Assembly: GCF_000091665.1 (NCBI RefSeq)
Contig: NC_000909.1
Location: 291,996 to 323,995 of the forward strand
Direction: 5' to 3'
DNA length: 32,000 bases
From: Methanocaldococcus jannaschii DSM 2661
GTDB lineage: Archaea > AGJL01 > Methanococci > Methanococcales > Methanocaldococcaceae
In this document: piece after piece, positions 1-10,252 of the stretch
How the letters are laid out: every line of letters begins with the position of its first letter
How positions within the stretch are numbered: the stretch's first letter is position 1
Position numbers and translations under genes: made by a program
The notes under the pieces: model-generated
Seen by the model: the letters and a program-made list of their open reading frames with translations, nothing else
Database searches by the model: none
What the model was told of the DNA's origin: nothing

Positions 1-558
1 GGAATTTTTTTTATAGGATAATTATGTAAGATATCGAAAAAATACAAATTTTTATAAAATATTGAACAAGTTGGATTTACATTTATATATTATATGAATG
101 TATTATAGTTTTTACTTTTATAAAATACATGTTTAAAACCCCTTACTATAAAAAGTCCTATACACCATATTTCTCTGCAAAATCGCAGAAATAAATATTT
201 TAGAGAATATTGGTGCCCTTTGGACATCTAAATTCCTTAGTTATATAAAAACTGCGAAAGTCCTATTTGAACGCCTTCTTATTAAAGACGTTTATATATT
301 TATTCTAAGATGTTCTGCAAGGAACTATTAATACGTCGTATCGTATTTTTATCTTTTTCGTTCTGGATTTTTGTCATATTTTACATATAATGTAATAAAG
401 AATGTGCAAGTATATATTAACTCTCTGACGATTTTTAGATATTTTCAAAAATCAACCATATAGATAGTCAAACACATATTTAAAAATATTTAAAAATAAA
501 ATGGTTAAAATGGTAAAAATTCGAAATGAGTGTATAAATAAAAAAGACGAAAATAAAA

Positions 559-1440
559 TTATTCAAGAGCTTTTTTAACAGCATCTTTTAAAAATTTAGG
601 TGCTGCTAAAAATATTCCCTTATGGACTTCTTCATCATAGTATTTAGTTTCCATATCTTTTAAAGCTTCTTTTATTCTTGCCTCATCAACTTCTAATGGG
701 TTGTATTTTTTAGATGCTAATGTAAAGCTCCAGAATCCACTTGGATATGTTGGCATTGGGTAGGTGTATGGCATAATTATCTTAAATCCAGCATCTTTTA
801 AATATCTGCAGATATTTTGTATCAAATCTAAGTTATACAATGGACTCTCTGATTGCTGAACCATAATTCCATCATCATTTAAACATTTAAACACATTTTT
901 ATAAAATTCTTTCTCAAAAAGCCCCTTAGCAGGCCCAACAGGGTCTGGACAATCAACAATAATCACATCATACTTCTTCTCTGTTTCAGCAACATACTTA
1001 ATTCCATCTGTTATTATCAAATTTACCTTCTCATTATCAATTTCACAGCTCAATTTTGGCATATACTTTTTACAAGCTTCAATAACCTTTTCATCCAACT
1101 CTACAAAATCCACTGTTTCAACTGATTTATGCTTAACAACTTCCCTAACAGTCCCTCCATCCCCTCCTCCAATAACCAAAACATTCCTTGGATTTGGATG
1201 GGTGAAAAGAGGTATGTGGGATATTAATTCATGATAAATAAATTCATCTCTCTCTGTTGTCTGAAAAGTGTTATCTAAAATTAATGCCTTCCCAAAATCA
1301 TAGGTGTCAATAATCTCTATCTCTTGAAATCCTGATTTCTCCCTATATAAGATATCCTTAACTCTAACTGAAAGAGCTACATTGTTGTTATGATACTCTG
1401 TAAACCAAATATGGCATTTAAAATCATTATTTTGATTCAC
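559..1440 (-). CDS. speE: Spermidine synthase (aminopropyltransferase)
   Basis: 293-aa ORF with the SAM-fold glycine motif VLVIGGGDGGTVREV and DVIIVDCPDPVGPA, both typical of spermidine synthases. GTG start preceded by AGGTGA. Confidence 0.9.
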   Translation of the reverse strand: MNQNNDFKCHIWFTEYHNNNVALSVRVKDILYREKSGFQEIEIIDTYDFGKALILDNTFQTTERDEFIYHELISHIPLFTHPNPRNVLVIGGGDGGTVREVVKHKSVETVDFVELDEKVIEACKKYMPKLSCEIDNEKVNLIITDGIKYVAETEKKYDVIIVDCPDPVGPAKGLFEKEFYKNVFKCLNDDGIMVQQSESPLYNLDLIQNICRYLKDAGFKIIMPYTYPMPTYPSGFWSFTLASKKYNPLEVDEARIKEALKDMETKYYDEEVHKGIFLAAPKFLKDAVKKALE

Positions 1441-1582
1441 TCTACATCACCTTATTTATTTTAGGAGGTGTAAATATAATAGTTATAAATGGAGTAATGT
1501 TAATTAAACCTTTTGTCTATAAAAATTTTTGCATGGTGCTATTTATGGGTAAGAAAAATCCTAAAATTGATGATTTGAAATT

Positions 1583-2374
1583 TTGGAATTATATAAAAAG
1601 GGATATTCTGCAAGAACGATTGCAAAAATATTGGGATGTAGTAAATCAACAGTATGTTACAGATTATATAAATTAGGTATAACTCCAAGAAGAGGTTTAG
1701 ATTTGAATCCTCAAGAAATTATTAAGTTATATCAAAATGGATATACAACTACTGAAATAGCAAAGATTATGAAGTGTAGCCATGAAACGATAAGAAGAAT
1801 TCTAAGAAATAATAATATCGATATTAGAAAATCATCTGAAAGCTTAATAATCAAAAATACGAAAAAAATAAATTTAAATCCTTCAGAATCGTTAGCTTAC
1901 ATATTGGGAGTTTTAAATGGAGATGGAAGTGTAAATAAGCAGGAAAGTAATTATGTGATTGAATTAAAAGTTACAGATAAGGATTTTATAGAAGAATTTA
2001 AAAGAAATCTTGAAAACATTGGCTTCAAATACATAAATGAATATGTTAGGAAATTTGAAAATAAAAAAGACCAATATGTTGTAAGAGTTCGTTCAAAAGG
2101 TTTCTATTATTGGTATAAAAGTCTTAATGTAGATTACTATATGAATGTAATTGGAAATAACGAAAAACTAATGATTTCTTGGCTAAAAGGATTTTATGAT
2201 TCCGAGGGTTCAGTTGTAATAAACAAAAAAGGAAATTATGTATATAAATATGTCAGTATAGCGAACACTAACAGGAATCTAATTGATGTTTGTTGTAGTT
2301 TCTTAGAGAAATTAGGAATTGAGTATTCAGTTTATTGTGAGAAAAATAACAGATATAAATCTGGATACCTCTGA
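1583..2374 (+). CDS. LAGLIDADG-type homing-endonuclease-like protein with two N-terminal HTH repeats; probably disrupted (see findings)
   Basis: Two LAGLIDADG motifs (LAYILGVLNGDGSV and ISWLKGFYDSEGSV). Two tandem HTH-like repeats (YSARTIAKILGCSKSTV and YTTTEIAKIMKCSHETI). TTG start. Family-like sequence continues in frame past the TGA at 2372-2374. Confidence 0.75.
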   Translation: MELYKKGYSARTIAKILGCSKSTVCYRLYKLGITPRRGLDLNPQEIIKLYQNGYTTTEIAKIMKCSHETIRRILRNNNIDIRKSSESLIIKNTKKINLNPSESLAYILGVLNGDGSVNKQESNYVIELKVTDKDFIEEFKRNLENIGFKYINEYVRKFENKKDQYVVRVRSKGFYYWYKSLNVDYYMNVIGNNEKLMISWLKGFYDSEGSVVINKKGNYVYKYVSIANTNRNLIDVCCSFLEKLGIEYSVYCEKNNRYKSGYL

Positions 2375-2453
2375 AGAATATACATAAAATCCAACTCTTT
2401 AGAAAAATTTAAAAAATTAATCAACTTTAGAATTGAAAGAAAAGCTAAAAAGC

Positions 2454-2828
2454 TTATTTAAGTTCAAAAGTCCCATTTTCCATTAATCCTCTTTTTAAAT
2501 CAATTATTTGTATTGATTTTGGTTTTAAAAACTCTCTTATAACTTCTAATGCCTTGTATGGGTCTGTATGCTCTCCACAGGTAAATACATCCAAGGCGGC
2601 ATAGCCATACTCAGGGTAGGTATGTATTGCTATATGACTTTCCGCGAGCACAGCAACTCCTGTAGCTCCTTGAGGAGAGAATTTGTGAGTTCTTACACAA
2701 ATTAAAGTAGCTCCACATGCTTTTACACTATCTACTAACATCTTTTCTATGCCCTCAATATCGTCCAATGCCTTTGGGTCGCAACCCCATAACTCTAATA
2801 TTAAGTGTTTCCCTAAGTATTTTAACAT
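2454..2828 (-). CDS. speH: S-adenosylmethionine decarboxylase proenzyme (pyruvoyl-dependent, SpeH type)
   Basis: Self-cleavage region [14 protein letters not shown] and overall SpeH-like sequence. I chose the internal ATG at 2828 (MLKYLGKH...) because GGAGGTGA lies just upstream; the ORF track extends to 2861. Confidence 0.9.
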
Positions 2829-2962
2829 GCTTTCACCTCCAAATTTGGTAAATAAAAACAAATTAATGTAAGAAACTTTTAGAAAGTAAAAATTATCTTT
2901 AAATTATTTTTACCTTAATAGTTATAACTTAATTATATTTAACTGTTAATGTTTTTCGAAAA

Positions 2963-3460
2963 TTATTTATACCACAATGCAGCTGCAGCAAATGCACATC
3001 CTAACTTTTCAACAGTATGCTCAACTGCAATTGATTCAATTCTATCCAATTCCCAGCCTCTCATCTCAAAACCAATCTTCGCCATCTCTCTAACTGTTTT
3101 TTCAGCCTCTTTTTTTGAGCATTTTCCTTCATACTCCATTATTAAACCACATAAACTCTTATCTTTTGGAATAGCTACACTTATTGCAGCTGATATTGTC
3201 TCTCCTGGGACATCGCTAATGATGTATCCATAAGCTGTTGGAACCAAAGCTCCCATTGGTAATTTAGGCAAAGGAACGATTTCAGCTTCTGGAGGCATTA
3301 TACTGCTGATTCTAATTAAATTGACATTCCCTATGCCTGCATTTAACAAAGCTCCATCAAAAGCGTTTAGTGGTGTTTCTCCTTCACTACTACCTGCTAC
3401 TAAGGAAACTGTGTTTGGTAATTTAAAATAAGCATGGAGAGGGTTTATCTCAGCATTCAT
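2963..3460 (-). CDS. pdaD: Pyruvoyl-dependent arginine decarboxylase
   Basis: 165-aa ORF with a Ser-Ser self-processing region ([11 protein letters not shown]) and overall PdaD-like sequence. GGAGGTG lies upstream of the ATG. Sits in the polyamine cluster with speE and speH. Confidence 0.9.
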   Translation of the reverse strand: MNAEINPLHAYFKLPNTVSLVAGSSEGETPLNAFDGALLNAGIGNVNLIRISSIMPPEAEIVPLPKLPMGALVPTAYGYIISDVPGETISAAISVAIPKDKSLCGLIMEYEGKCSKKEAEKTVREMAKIGFEMRGWELDRIESIAVEHTVEKLGCAFAAAALWYK

Positions 3461-3731
3461 TCAACGCACCTCCAAAAACACATGTTTTTCTCAATTTATG
3501 AACGAGTATATATAATAGATGTAAGATTTTTTAGTGTAAATAATGATTACTCATATATAAACTCTTCGGTGCTGAAATAAATTAAAATTTTTTGAGCTTT
3601 TATGTAAAAAAATAGGATATTATGAACTATTTTCGATTAGATTAGGAAGGTATTAGCAAAAAAGAAAATTTTAAAAATTTTAAGACCTTTAAGTGTTAAA
3701 ATAAATTTTGTTTGTTATTTATTGATTATCC

Positions 3732-4406
3732 TTAAATTAAGAACTCTTTTTCTTTTAATATATCTTCTACTGTCTTTCCTAAGTAATCATCCTTAGAGAC
3801 AACTCCATAAGGATAAACAAAAACCTTATCCTCAATATTTATTCTTGGATACTCTGGCTCTATAATTACATCCTCTAATAAACATCTCTTTAAATAGTTT
3901 GCTGTTTTTGTAATGTTCATTAATCTTGGTGGTTTGTAAGGAGGATTGTTTTTTAAAAACTTCCACTTTGTTCCATAATAAACAATATAATCTGGGTTAA
4001 ACAATAAAACAACCTCTCCATGTATCTCTAAAACTAAAGTCCATGAAAAAACCCCTCTTGTAAAACCCAACAATCTTCCCAAATAGGATGTTTTTGGTGT
4101 CTCATAATAAACCTTCAAAGTTCTACCAACAATTCTTGATAATGCCTCTTTAATATGCACATTCTTCGGGTTTGTTGGTAGAGAAGTTTTTGGAATGACA
4201 TTTATGGGAACACAGTTGAGTGGTTTAACCATATGTAGTGCCAAAAGAGGATAGAAATAGATATGCTCTTTTTTGTTTTTCATTACGATGCCTTCTATGG
4301 GACCGTTAAAATCAGCCTTCAAAACTTTACCTCTATAAGTATTAAAAGATTTATTTAGTGTAAATTCTCCAATCATATCCTTTCTTAATGCATATTTTGG
4401 CTTCAA
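3732..4406 (-). CDS. Hypothetical protein
   Basis: 224-aa ORF with a TTG start preceded by GGAGG. No motif I can recognise. Confidence 0.5.
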   Translation of the reverse strand: MKPKYALRKDMIGEFTLNKSFNTYRGKVLKADFNGPIEGIVMKNKKEHIYFYPLLALHMVKPLNCVPINVIPKTSLPTNPKNVHIKEALSRIVGRTLKVYYETPKTSYLGRLLGFTRGVFSWTLVLEIHGEVVLLFNPDYIVYYGTKWKFLKNNPPYKPPRLMNITKTANYLKRCLLEDVIIEPEYPRINIEDKVFVYPYGVVSKDDYLGKTVEDILKEKEFLI

Positions 4407-4536
4407 ACCAAAAACCTCCTATTGGTTTTTATAAATTTAAATTCCACAGCCATTTATATAATTTAAATTATCAACTATTTAAATTTTGTTTTTATCTCTA
4501 TTATAAAAAAGAAATTAAAAAGTAAATAGAGTAAAT

Positions 4537-5442
4537 TTATTCAAACAACTCTCTTAAGTTAAATTGATATTTACCTAACTTACCTCCATAGTTTCCAGCT
4601 GTAATCTTCTTAACACCTTTAACTCTTGTAGCTGCTAAGATACCCTGCTTCATAGCCTCTTTAACTGATTCCTCATCAACACCATCAATAACTATCTCAT
4701 AAACTCCATTTACATCTTCTGGAATTTCTGAATCTTCAACAACACCCTTCAATGTTGGACACATCTTGTGGTTTGTTGTAGCAACCATGAACTTGTATTT
4801 TGGATTACTTGCTCCAACTTTACTACCAGAAGCAACAACTCCTCCTGGGAATGGAGTTATAACGCCATCAACACTTGCAATAGCATTAACTGCAGCTTCA
4901 GCAGCGATTAAGGCAGAGGCGTTTGTATCTGCCATTATAAAGAAGTTTCCTCCAGCAACTCCTTTCTTAATTCCAAACTTAGCTTCAGTTATAAATTCCC
5001 CTCCCATGATTGGGATTTTATAAACTTTTCTTCCATATAATTCATCTTTCTTCTCATAACCGTCTCCGAAAAACTTCAACTTAAATCCAACCTTTAACTG
5101 CTCATCAGCCATGTCTCCCATAGCATCAAAAATAGCAGTTGTTGGACATGTTAAGACACACTGCCCCAATCTCTCTAACATTTGATGCTCTAACTCTGAC
5201 TTTTTAGGGTGGCATATCTGTATTATAAATCCTGGTCTTCCATCTGGTGTTTTTGATGGAGGGACATATTTCTCAATTCCTGCTTCTGCTGGACACATTA
5301 TAACTGAACAACCAAAACCTGTTGCCTCTGTAGCTGCAATCTTAGCCCACTTCTTTGTAGCTGCTGTTATTAAAACTCTTGAAACCCATATTGGGAATGC
5401 TTCTGCAAATGTATCTTCAATATATACTCCATTTATTTCCAT
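4537..5442 (-). CDS. ftr: Formylmethanofuran--tetrahydromethanopterin N-formyltransferase
   Basis: 301-aa ORF. The N-terminus [27 protein letters not shown] and the length are characteristic of Ftr from methanogens. GGAGGG RBS. Confidence 0.9.
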   Translation of the reverse strand: MEINGVYIEDTFAEAFPIWVSRVLITAATKKWAKIAATEATGFGCSVIMCPAEAGIEKYVPPSKTPDGRPGFIIQICHPKKSELEHQMLERLGQCVLTCPTTAIFDAMGDMADEQLKVGFKLKFFGDGYEKKDELYGRKVYKIPIMGGEFITEAKFGIKKGVAGGNFFIMADTNASALIAAEAAVNAIASVDGVITPFPGGVVASGSKVGASNPKYKFMVATTNHKMCPTLKGVVEDSEIPEDVNGVYEIVIDGVDEESVKEAMKQGILAATRVKGVKKITAGNYGGKLGKYQFNLRELFE

Positions 5443-5613
5443 AGTTTCCCTCCATTAAGATTTTAACAATTATAGTTTATCTTAGGGGCTATTAATATCT
5501 TATCATTTGGTTTTTAATATTCGATAAATCCATAAATAAAAATATATCAACAATAATTTTAAATAATCTAAGTATAGGTAATATAACAATTAAAAAGATT
5601 TAGAGGGATAGAA

Positions 5614-5907
5614 TTGAACGGCATTAGGAGAATTGTTTTAGATATATTGAAGCCGCATGAGCCAAAAATAACAGATATGGCATTAAAATTAACATCATTA
5701 TCAAACATTGATGGGGTTAATATTACAGTCTATGAAATAGATAAAGAGACTGAGAATGTTAAAGTTACAATTGAAGGGAATAATTTAGATTTTGATGAGA
5801 TTCAGGAAATTATTGAAAGTTTGGGAGGGACTATTCACAGTATAGATGAGGTTGTTGCAGGTAAAAAGATTATTGAAGAAGTTAGAACACCACAAGATAG
5901 GCATTAA
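5614..5907 (+). CDS. DUF211-family small protein
   Basis: 97 aa. [14 protein letters not shown] ... [10 protein letters not shown] ... [28 protein letters not shown] matches my memory of the archaeal DUF211 pattern. TTG start. Confidence 0.6.
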   Translation: MNGIRRIVLDILKPHEPKITDMALKLTSLSNIDGVNITVYEIDKETENVKVTIEGNNLDFDEIQEIIESLGGTIHSIDEVVAGKKIIEEVRTPQDRH

Positions 5908-6002
5908 TAGAGGGTCTTTCAAAACTTTTTAGAATAACTAAGGTATTAATCTTTTTTACTTATTTTAGATAATTTTAAAACCAAATTAAATTGTGTGAGA
6001 CT

Positions 6003-6650
6003 ATGGACTTTTTTGAGAGATATAAGAATTTAAAAGAAAAGTATGAAGAAAAAAAGACAAAGCCAAAAGTTATTGTAGTTGGGAGAAGTAATGTAGGTAA
6101 ATCCACTTTTGTTAGATTAATGACTGGAAGAAAAGATATTAGAGTAGGAAAAAAGCCAGGAGTTACTTTAAAAATTAATGAATACGATATGGGGGAGTAT
6201 ATTTTGGTGGATATGCCTGGCTTTGGTTACATGGCTGGACTACCAAAAAAAGTGCAAGAGAAGATTAAGGATGAGATTGTTCATTATATTGAAGAGCATG
6301 CTGATGAAATAGCTGCTGCTGTTCAAATTATAGATACGAAATCATTTTTTGAGATAGTTGAAAGATGGAAAGGGAGGGGAGAAATTCCAATTGATTTAGA
6401 GATGTTTGACTTTATAACTGATTTGAAGATTAGCCCGATTCTTGTAGCTAATAAAATGGATAAGATAAAGAAAGAGGAATGGGATGCAGTTTTAGATGGC
6501 ATCTGTGAATATTTAAAATGCCAGCCACCATGGCATCAGTGGAAGTTTATAGTCCCAGCCATATTGAAAGAGGGTAAAGGAATTGAAGAGATAAAGAAAA
6601 AGATTCTTGAGAGGGTTAGATTGTTTAAAAAATTAAGAGGAATAGAATAA
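6003..6650 (+). CDS. engB: GTP-binding protein EngB/YihA family
   Basis: G1 [10 protein letters not shown]3 DMPGFG and G4 NKMDK. I prefer the ATG at 6003 to the TTG at 5991 given in the ORF track. Confidence 0.8.
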
Positions 6651-6676
6651 TTATTGAATAGGTTGGTTGTGATAAA

Positions 6677-7045
6677 ATGACAAATAATGACAAAATTGTT
6701 GCAATAGTAACCTCAATAGCTGTTATTTGCATATCCCTAACTGTTATATTCTGCGATACCTTAGTATTAGCAGTTGGTGTTCCTACACTTGTTTTGTTGT
6801 GGCTTGTATTTTTAGGATGGATAAACAATAAGAAATTAGATAAAGGAGAGATGAGGAGGGCAATAACTGGCAGTATCGTTATAGCATTTTTTATTATATT
6901 GATTGCTATATCCAAAAATCCAGATATATACTCTAACAATAAAGAAATTTTCTCACTATTTTTTGGAATGGTTACTACGATAATAGGTTATTATTTCGGA
7001 TACAGAAGTGGAAAAGAATCAAAAAATTCATCAGGAAACGAATAA
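6677..7045 (+). CDS. Small integral membrane protein (hypothetical)
   Basis: 122 aa with about 4 hydrophobic segments. No recognisable family. Confidence 0.5.
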   Translation: MTNNDKIVAIVTSIAVICISLTVIFCDTLVLAVGVPTLVLLWLVFLGWINNKKLDKGEMRRAITGSIVIAFFIILIAISKNPDIYSNNKEIFSLFFGMVTTIIGYYFGYRSGKESKNSSGNE

Positions 7046-7066
7046 ATTATATTAAAAAAGGAATTT

Positions 7067-7102
7067 CGTTGCAATCCTCATTGTTCAGATTGCAACGTTT
7101 TT
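7067..7102. terminator. Perfect 10-bp hairpin followed by T5, between convergent genes
   Basis: CGTTGCAATC (7067-7076) pairs with GATTGCAACG (7088-7097) across an 11-nt loop, then TTTTT (7098-7102). It lies between the stops of the 6677-7045 (+) and rps10 (-) genes. Confidence 0.4.
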
Positions 7103-7141
7103 GCCTATGAAATTTTGTTTATTAAAATAACCACACTAATT

Positions 7142-7447
7142 TTATTTGAACTGTATCTCTATTTGAACATTGTCAGGGATTCTTATTTTCATAATGTGTC
7201 TTAAAGCTCTCTCGTCTGCATCAATGTCAATTAATCTTTTGTGGATTTTCATTGTCCATCTGTCAAATGTTGATGAACCTTCTCCATCTGGACTCTTTCT
7301 TGTAACAACTCTCAAGACCTTTGTTGGTAATGGTATAGGTCCTGAAATATCTACTCCTGTTTTTTCAGCAATCTCTTTTATTTGTCTGCAAATTTCATCT
7401 AAAACTTTGTGGTCTGTACTTGATAACTTGATTCTTGCCCTTTGCAT
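7142..7447 (-). CDS. rps10: 30S ribosomal protein S10 (uS10)
   Basis: [17 protein letters not shown] ... [17 protein letters not shown] is typical uS10. Lies immediately downstream of tuf, as in archaeal str-type operons. Start taken at the internal ATG (7447). Confidence 0.9.
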   Translation of the reverse strand: MQRARIKLSSTDHKVLDEICRQIKEIAEKTGVDISGPIPLPTKVLRVVTRKSPDGEGSSTFDRWTMKIHKRLIDIDADERALRHIMKIRIPDNVQIEIQFK

Positions 7448-7529
7448 ACTCTCCCCTCTCAAATGCTTTAAAATATTAAAAAAATATAAAATGGGATTTA
7501 AAAGCTATTAAAAGGGAAATTTAAGGAAT

Positions 7530-8816
7530 TTATTTGTTCTTAGCTTTGACATCGATTGCCATACCTGCAGCGATTGTCATACCCATATCTCTGATAGCGA
7601 ATCTACCTAACTGTGGAATTTCTCTAACGTTTTCAATGACCATTGGTTTTGTTGGTTTGATTTTGACTATTGCTGCGTCACCAGTCTTTAAGAACTGTGG
7701 GTTCTCTTCAATGACTTGCCCTGTTCTTGGGTCTAATTTCTTCAACAACTCAATGAATGTACATGCAACCTGTGCTGTGTGTGCGTGGAAGACTGGTGTG
7801 TAACCAACTGTAATTGCTGTTGGGTGCTGTAAGACAACGATTTGAGCTGTGAATTCTTCTGCAACTGTTGGTGGGTTGTCTGGGTGCCCACAAACGTCTC
7901 CTCTCTTAATATCTTTCTTACTGACTCCTCTAACGTTGAATCCAATGTTGTCTCCTGGTTCTGCTTGTGGAATTTGTTCGTGGTGCATCTCAATTGACTT
8001 AACTTCTCCGCTAACTCCTGCTGGTTCGAAGACAACTTTGTCTCCTGGTCTTAAGATACCTGTTTCGACTCTTCCAACTGGGACAGTTCCAACCCCTGTA
8101 ATTGAATAGACATCTTGGATTGGGATTCTTAATGGTAAGTTTGTTGGTTTTTCTGGTGGTTGGAATTTGTCTAATGCTTCAACTAATGTTGGACCTTTGT
8201 ACCATGGCATGTTTTCTGATCTTTTAACGACGTTGTCTCCTTTCAATGAAGCTGTTGGGATGAAGTCAATTTGGTCTGGGTTGTAACCTAAGACTTTTAA
8301 TAACTGCTCTGATAACATCTTTTTCATTTTTTCGTATTCTTCTTGGCTGTAGTTAACTGTATCCATCTTGTTAATTGCAACTGCAATTTGCTTAATACCC
8401 AATGTTCTTGCTAAGAACATGTGCTCTCTTGTTTGTGGCTGAATTCCTGTCTTGGCATCATTAACATCAACAACTAAGACAGCAGCGTCTGCCTGTGAAG
8501 CTCCTGTAATCATGTTTTTAATGAAGTCCCTGTGTCCTGGACAATCGACGATTGTAACTTCATATTTTTGGGTTTCGAACTTCTTGTGAGCTACGTCAAT
8601 TGTAACCCCTCTTTCTCTCTCTTCTTTCAAGTTGTCCATGACGTAAGCAAACTCGAATCCTGCTTTACCTCTCTCTTGAGCTTCTCTTTTTAACTTCTCT
8701 AATAACTGTGGGTCGATAGCTCCACTGTCGTATAATAATCTACCGACTGTTGTTGACTTACCTGCATCGACGTGTCCAATGAATGCTACGTTTAATACTG
8801 GTTTTTGCTTTGCCAT
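7530..8816 (-). CDS. tuf: Translation elongation factor 1-alpha (aEF-1A)
   Basis: 428 aa with [14 protein letters not shown] and NKMD G-motifs and full-length EF-1alpha-like sequence. Confidence 0.97.
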
Positions 8817-9106
8817 ATTTCATCACCAATTTACCTTCTTTTTTATCTTTTTTATTTTTATTATATTTATTCTAAAATGGTGTTAAGTTAAAACTTAACA
8901 GGGTAGGAATATAAGAATACAGAATTTGTGGTGATATAAGTATTAAATAGGGGGTATATATATCTTTTGGTTATGCAAGAATCTTATGATTAACTCAACA
9001 TTTCATAAATATAATTGTGATAATGATACTATATAATATTTTAGTATTGTGCTATTTTTATAGTTCTGTTCTTTTTAAAAGTTAATAAAAGTTATTAAGG
9101 AAATTT

Positions 9107-9132
9107 GAACTCCTTCCTAAAGGAAGGAGTTC
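9107..9132. terminator. Perfect 11-bp stem / 4-nt loop hairpin downstream of the 9171-10097 (-) gene
   Basis: GAACTCCTTCC taaa GGAAGGAGTTC, about 40 nt past the stop codon of the minus-strand gene. A role as terminator or stabiliser is inferred only. Confidence 0.3.
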
Positions 9133-9170
9133 ATCAGTGCTTAGTTATTGCAAAAATATTTTGAAAAGAA

Positions 9171-10097
9171 CTATAATTTTCCGACACCCAATATCCTAAT
9201 TTTTGCACTGCCATCAATTAAACATAGCTTATCTCCAACATCGTAAGCTATTTCTTTTTGCAGTGAAAGCTTTATTTTGTTTTTATTCACTTCCTCAACA
9301 ACACATGAAACACTTTGCAAACCAACAATTATTTGGTAGTTCTCCCCTTCCTTTACAGTTTTTTGCATGAATGGGTTCCAGTTAATGTTGATTTCAATCT
9401 CTTTAGCAACTTTTAACTCTCCATTTGATAGTATCATTCCTCTATCTAACTCATCTGTAGTTATTCCTTTTAAAGCTAAACCTACTCTATTCCCAGCTTT
9501 TGCCTCTTTAAAATCATTATCATGGATTTGAATGCTCCTAACCATTGCCATTTTATCTGTTGGATAGACCCTCAAATTGTCATGAACTCTTACAGTTCCA
9601 CTCTCAACCTTTCCTAATATAACAGTTCCAACACTTCTAACAGTAAAGTAGTGGTCTATTGGAATTTTAACAAAGCCGTTATAATCTCTCTCAATATTTA
9701 AATTAATCATCTTTTCCCTAATGTTTATAAAATCTCTCTCTAAGATTTCAAAGTCCTTCATTGATGTTTGGGATATTATATTTTTCAACATGTCTAAATC
9801 AACATATTCACCAACAACAAAAGCTCCATTATTTATTCCAAACATATCCAATGCTAAAAGTGTCTCTCCTAACTCTCCTGTAATCTCATCAATAAAAACT
9901 AAGGCATAGTCCATCATGTTTATTTCATATATTAAAGGGTTTATTCTATCTGGATATCTTGTTGGCTCTACATAACAAACTGCCTTATCTCCCTGTTTGT
10001 AATTATATAAAGTTATGTCTGTTGAAGTTCCTTTCTTCCCTAATTCTTTTCCAACACCTTCAACATGTCCAAATAACCCTACTGTCAAACCTTCCAT
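9171..10097 (-). CDS. EF-Tu/SelB-like translation-GTPase paralogue with degenerate G domain
   Basis: 308 aa. The EF-Tu domain-2-like beta-barrel segment FTVRSVGTVILGKVESGTVRVHDNLRVYP is clear. The N-terminal GHVEGVGKELG replaces the canonical GHVDxGKS/T, and no NKxD motif is seen. Confidence 0.6.
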   Translation of the reverse strand: MEGLTVGLFGHVEGVGKELGKKGTSTDITLYNYKQGDKAVCYVEPTRYPDRINPLIYEINMMDYALVFIDEITGELGETLLALDMFGINNGAFVVGEYVDLDMLKNIISQTSMKDFEILERDFINIREKMINLNIERDYNGFVKIPIDHYFTVRSVGTVILGKVESGTVRVHDNLRVYPTDKMAMVRSIQIHDNDFKEAKAGNRVGLALKGITTDELDRGMILSNGELKVAKEIEININWNPFMQKTVKEGENYQIIVGLQSVSCVVEEVNKNKIKLSLQKEIAYDVGDKLCLIDGSAKIRILGVGKL

Positions 10098-10252
10098 TTA
10101 ATCACCATAATATTTTTTAGTAGCCCAATTATTCTCTCTAAAGAATTAACTATTTAAGAGCTAACTATAACCTTATTATTTTATATTAATTGAAGATTTT
10201 ATAAAACATTAGATTACATAAATAAACCATTATAACAAATGGAGGGGTGATT

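Noticed and set aside
1-558. Unusually long (558 bp) gene-free AT-rich region with short repeats (AAAGTCCTAT at about 152 and 256; TCTGCAA at about 175 and 313). Considered as ncRNA, C/D box sRNA or a CRISPR leader/array.
   Set aside because: No C box (RUGAUGA) paired with a D box, no regularly spaced repeats and no convincing stable structure by eye. It is probably promoter/terminator spacer, and it is also cut by the window edge.
2372-2374. Reading the in-frame TGA of the LAGLIDADG gene as selenocysteine.
   Set aside because: Methanococci do decode some UGA codons as Sec. However, the position is not a redox site, I see no obvious SECIS-like hairpin in the short 3' region (it runs into speH), and a TGG-to-TGA nonsense change explains it more simply.
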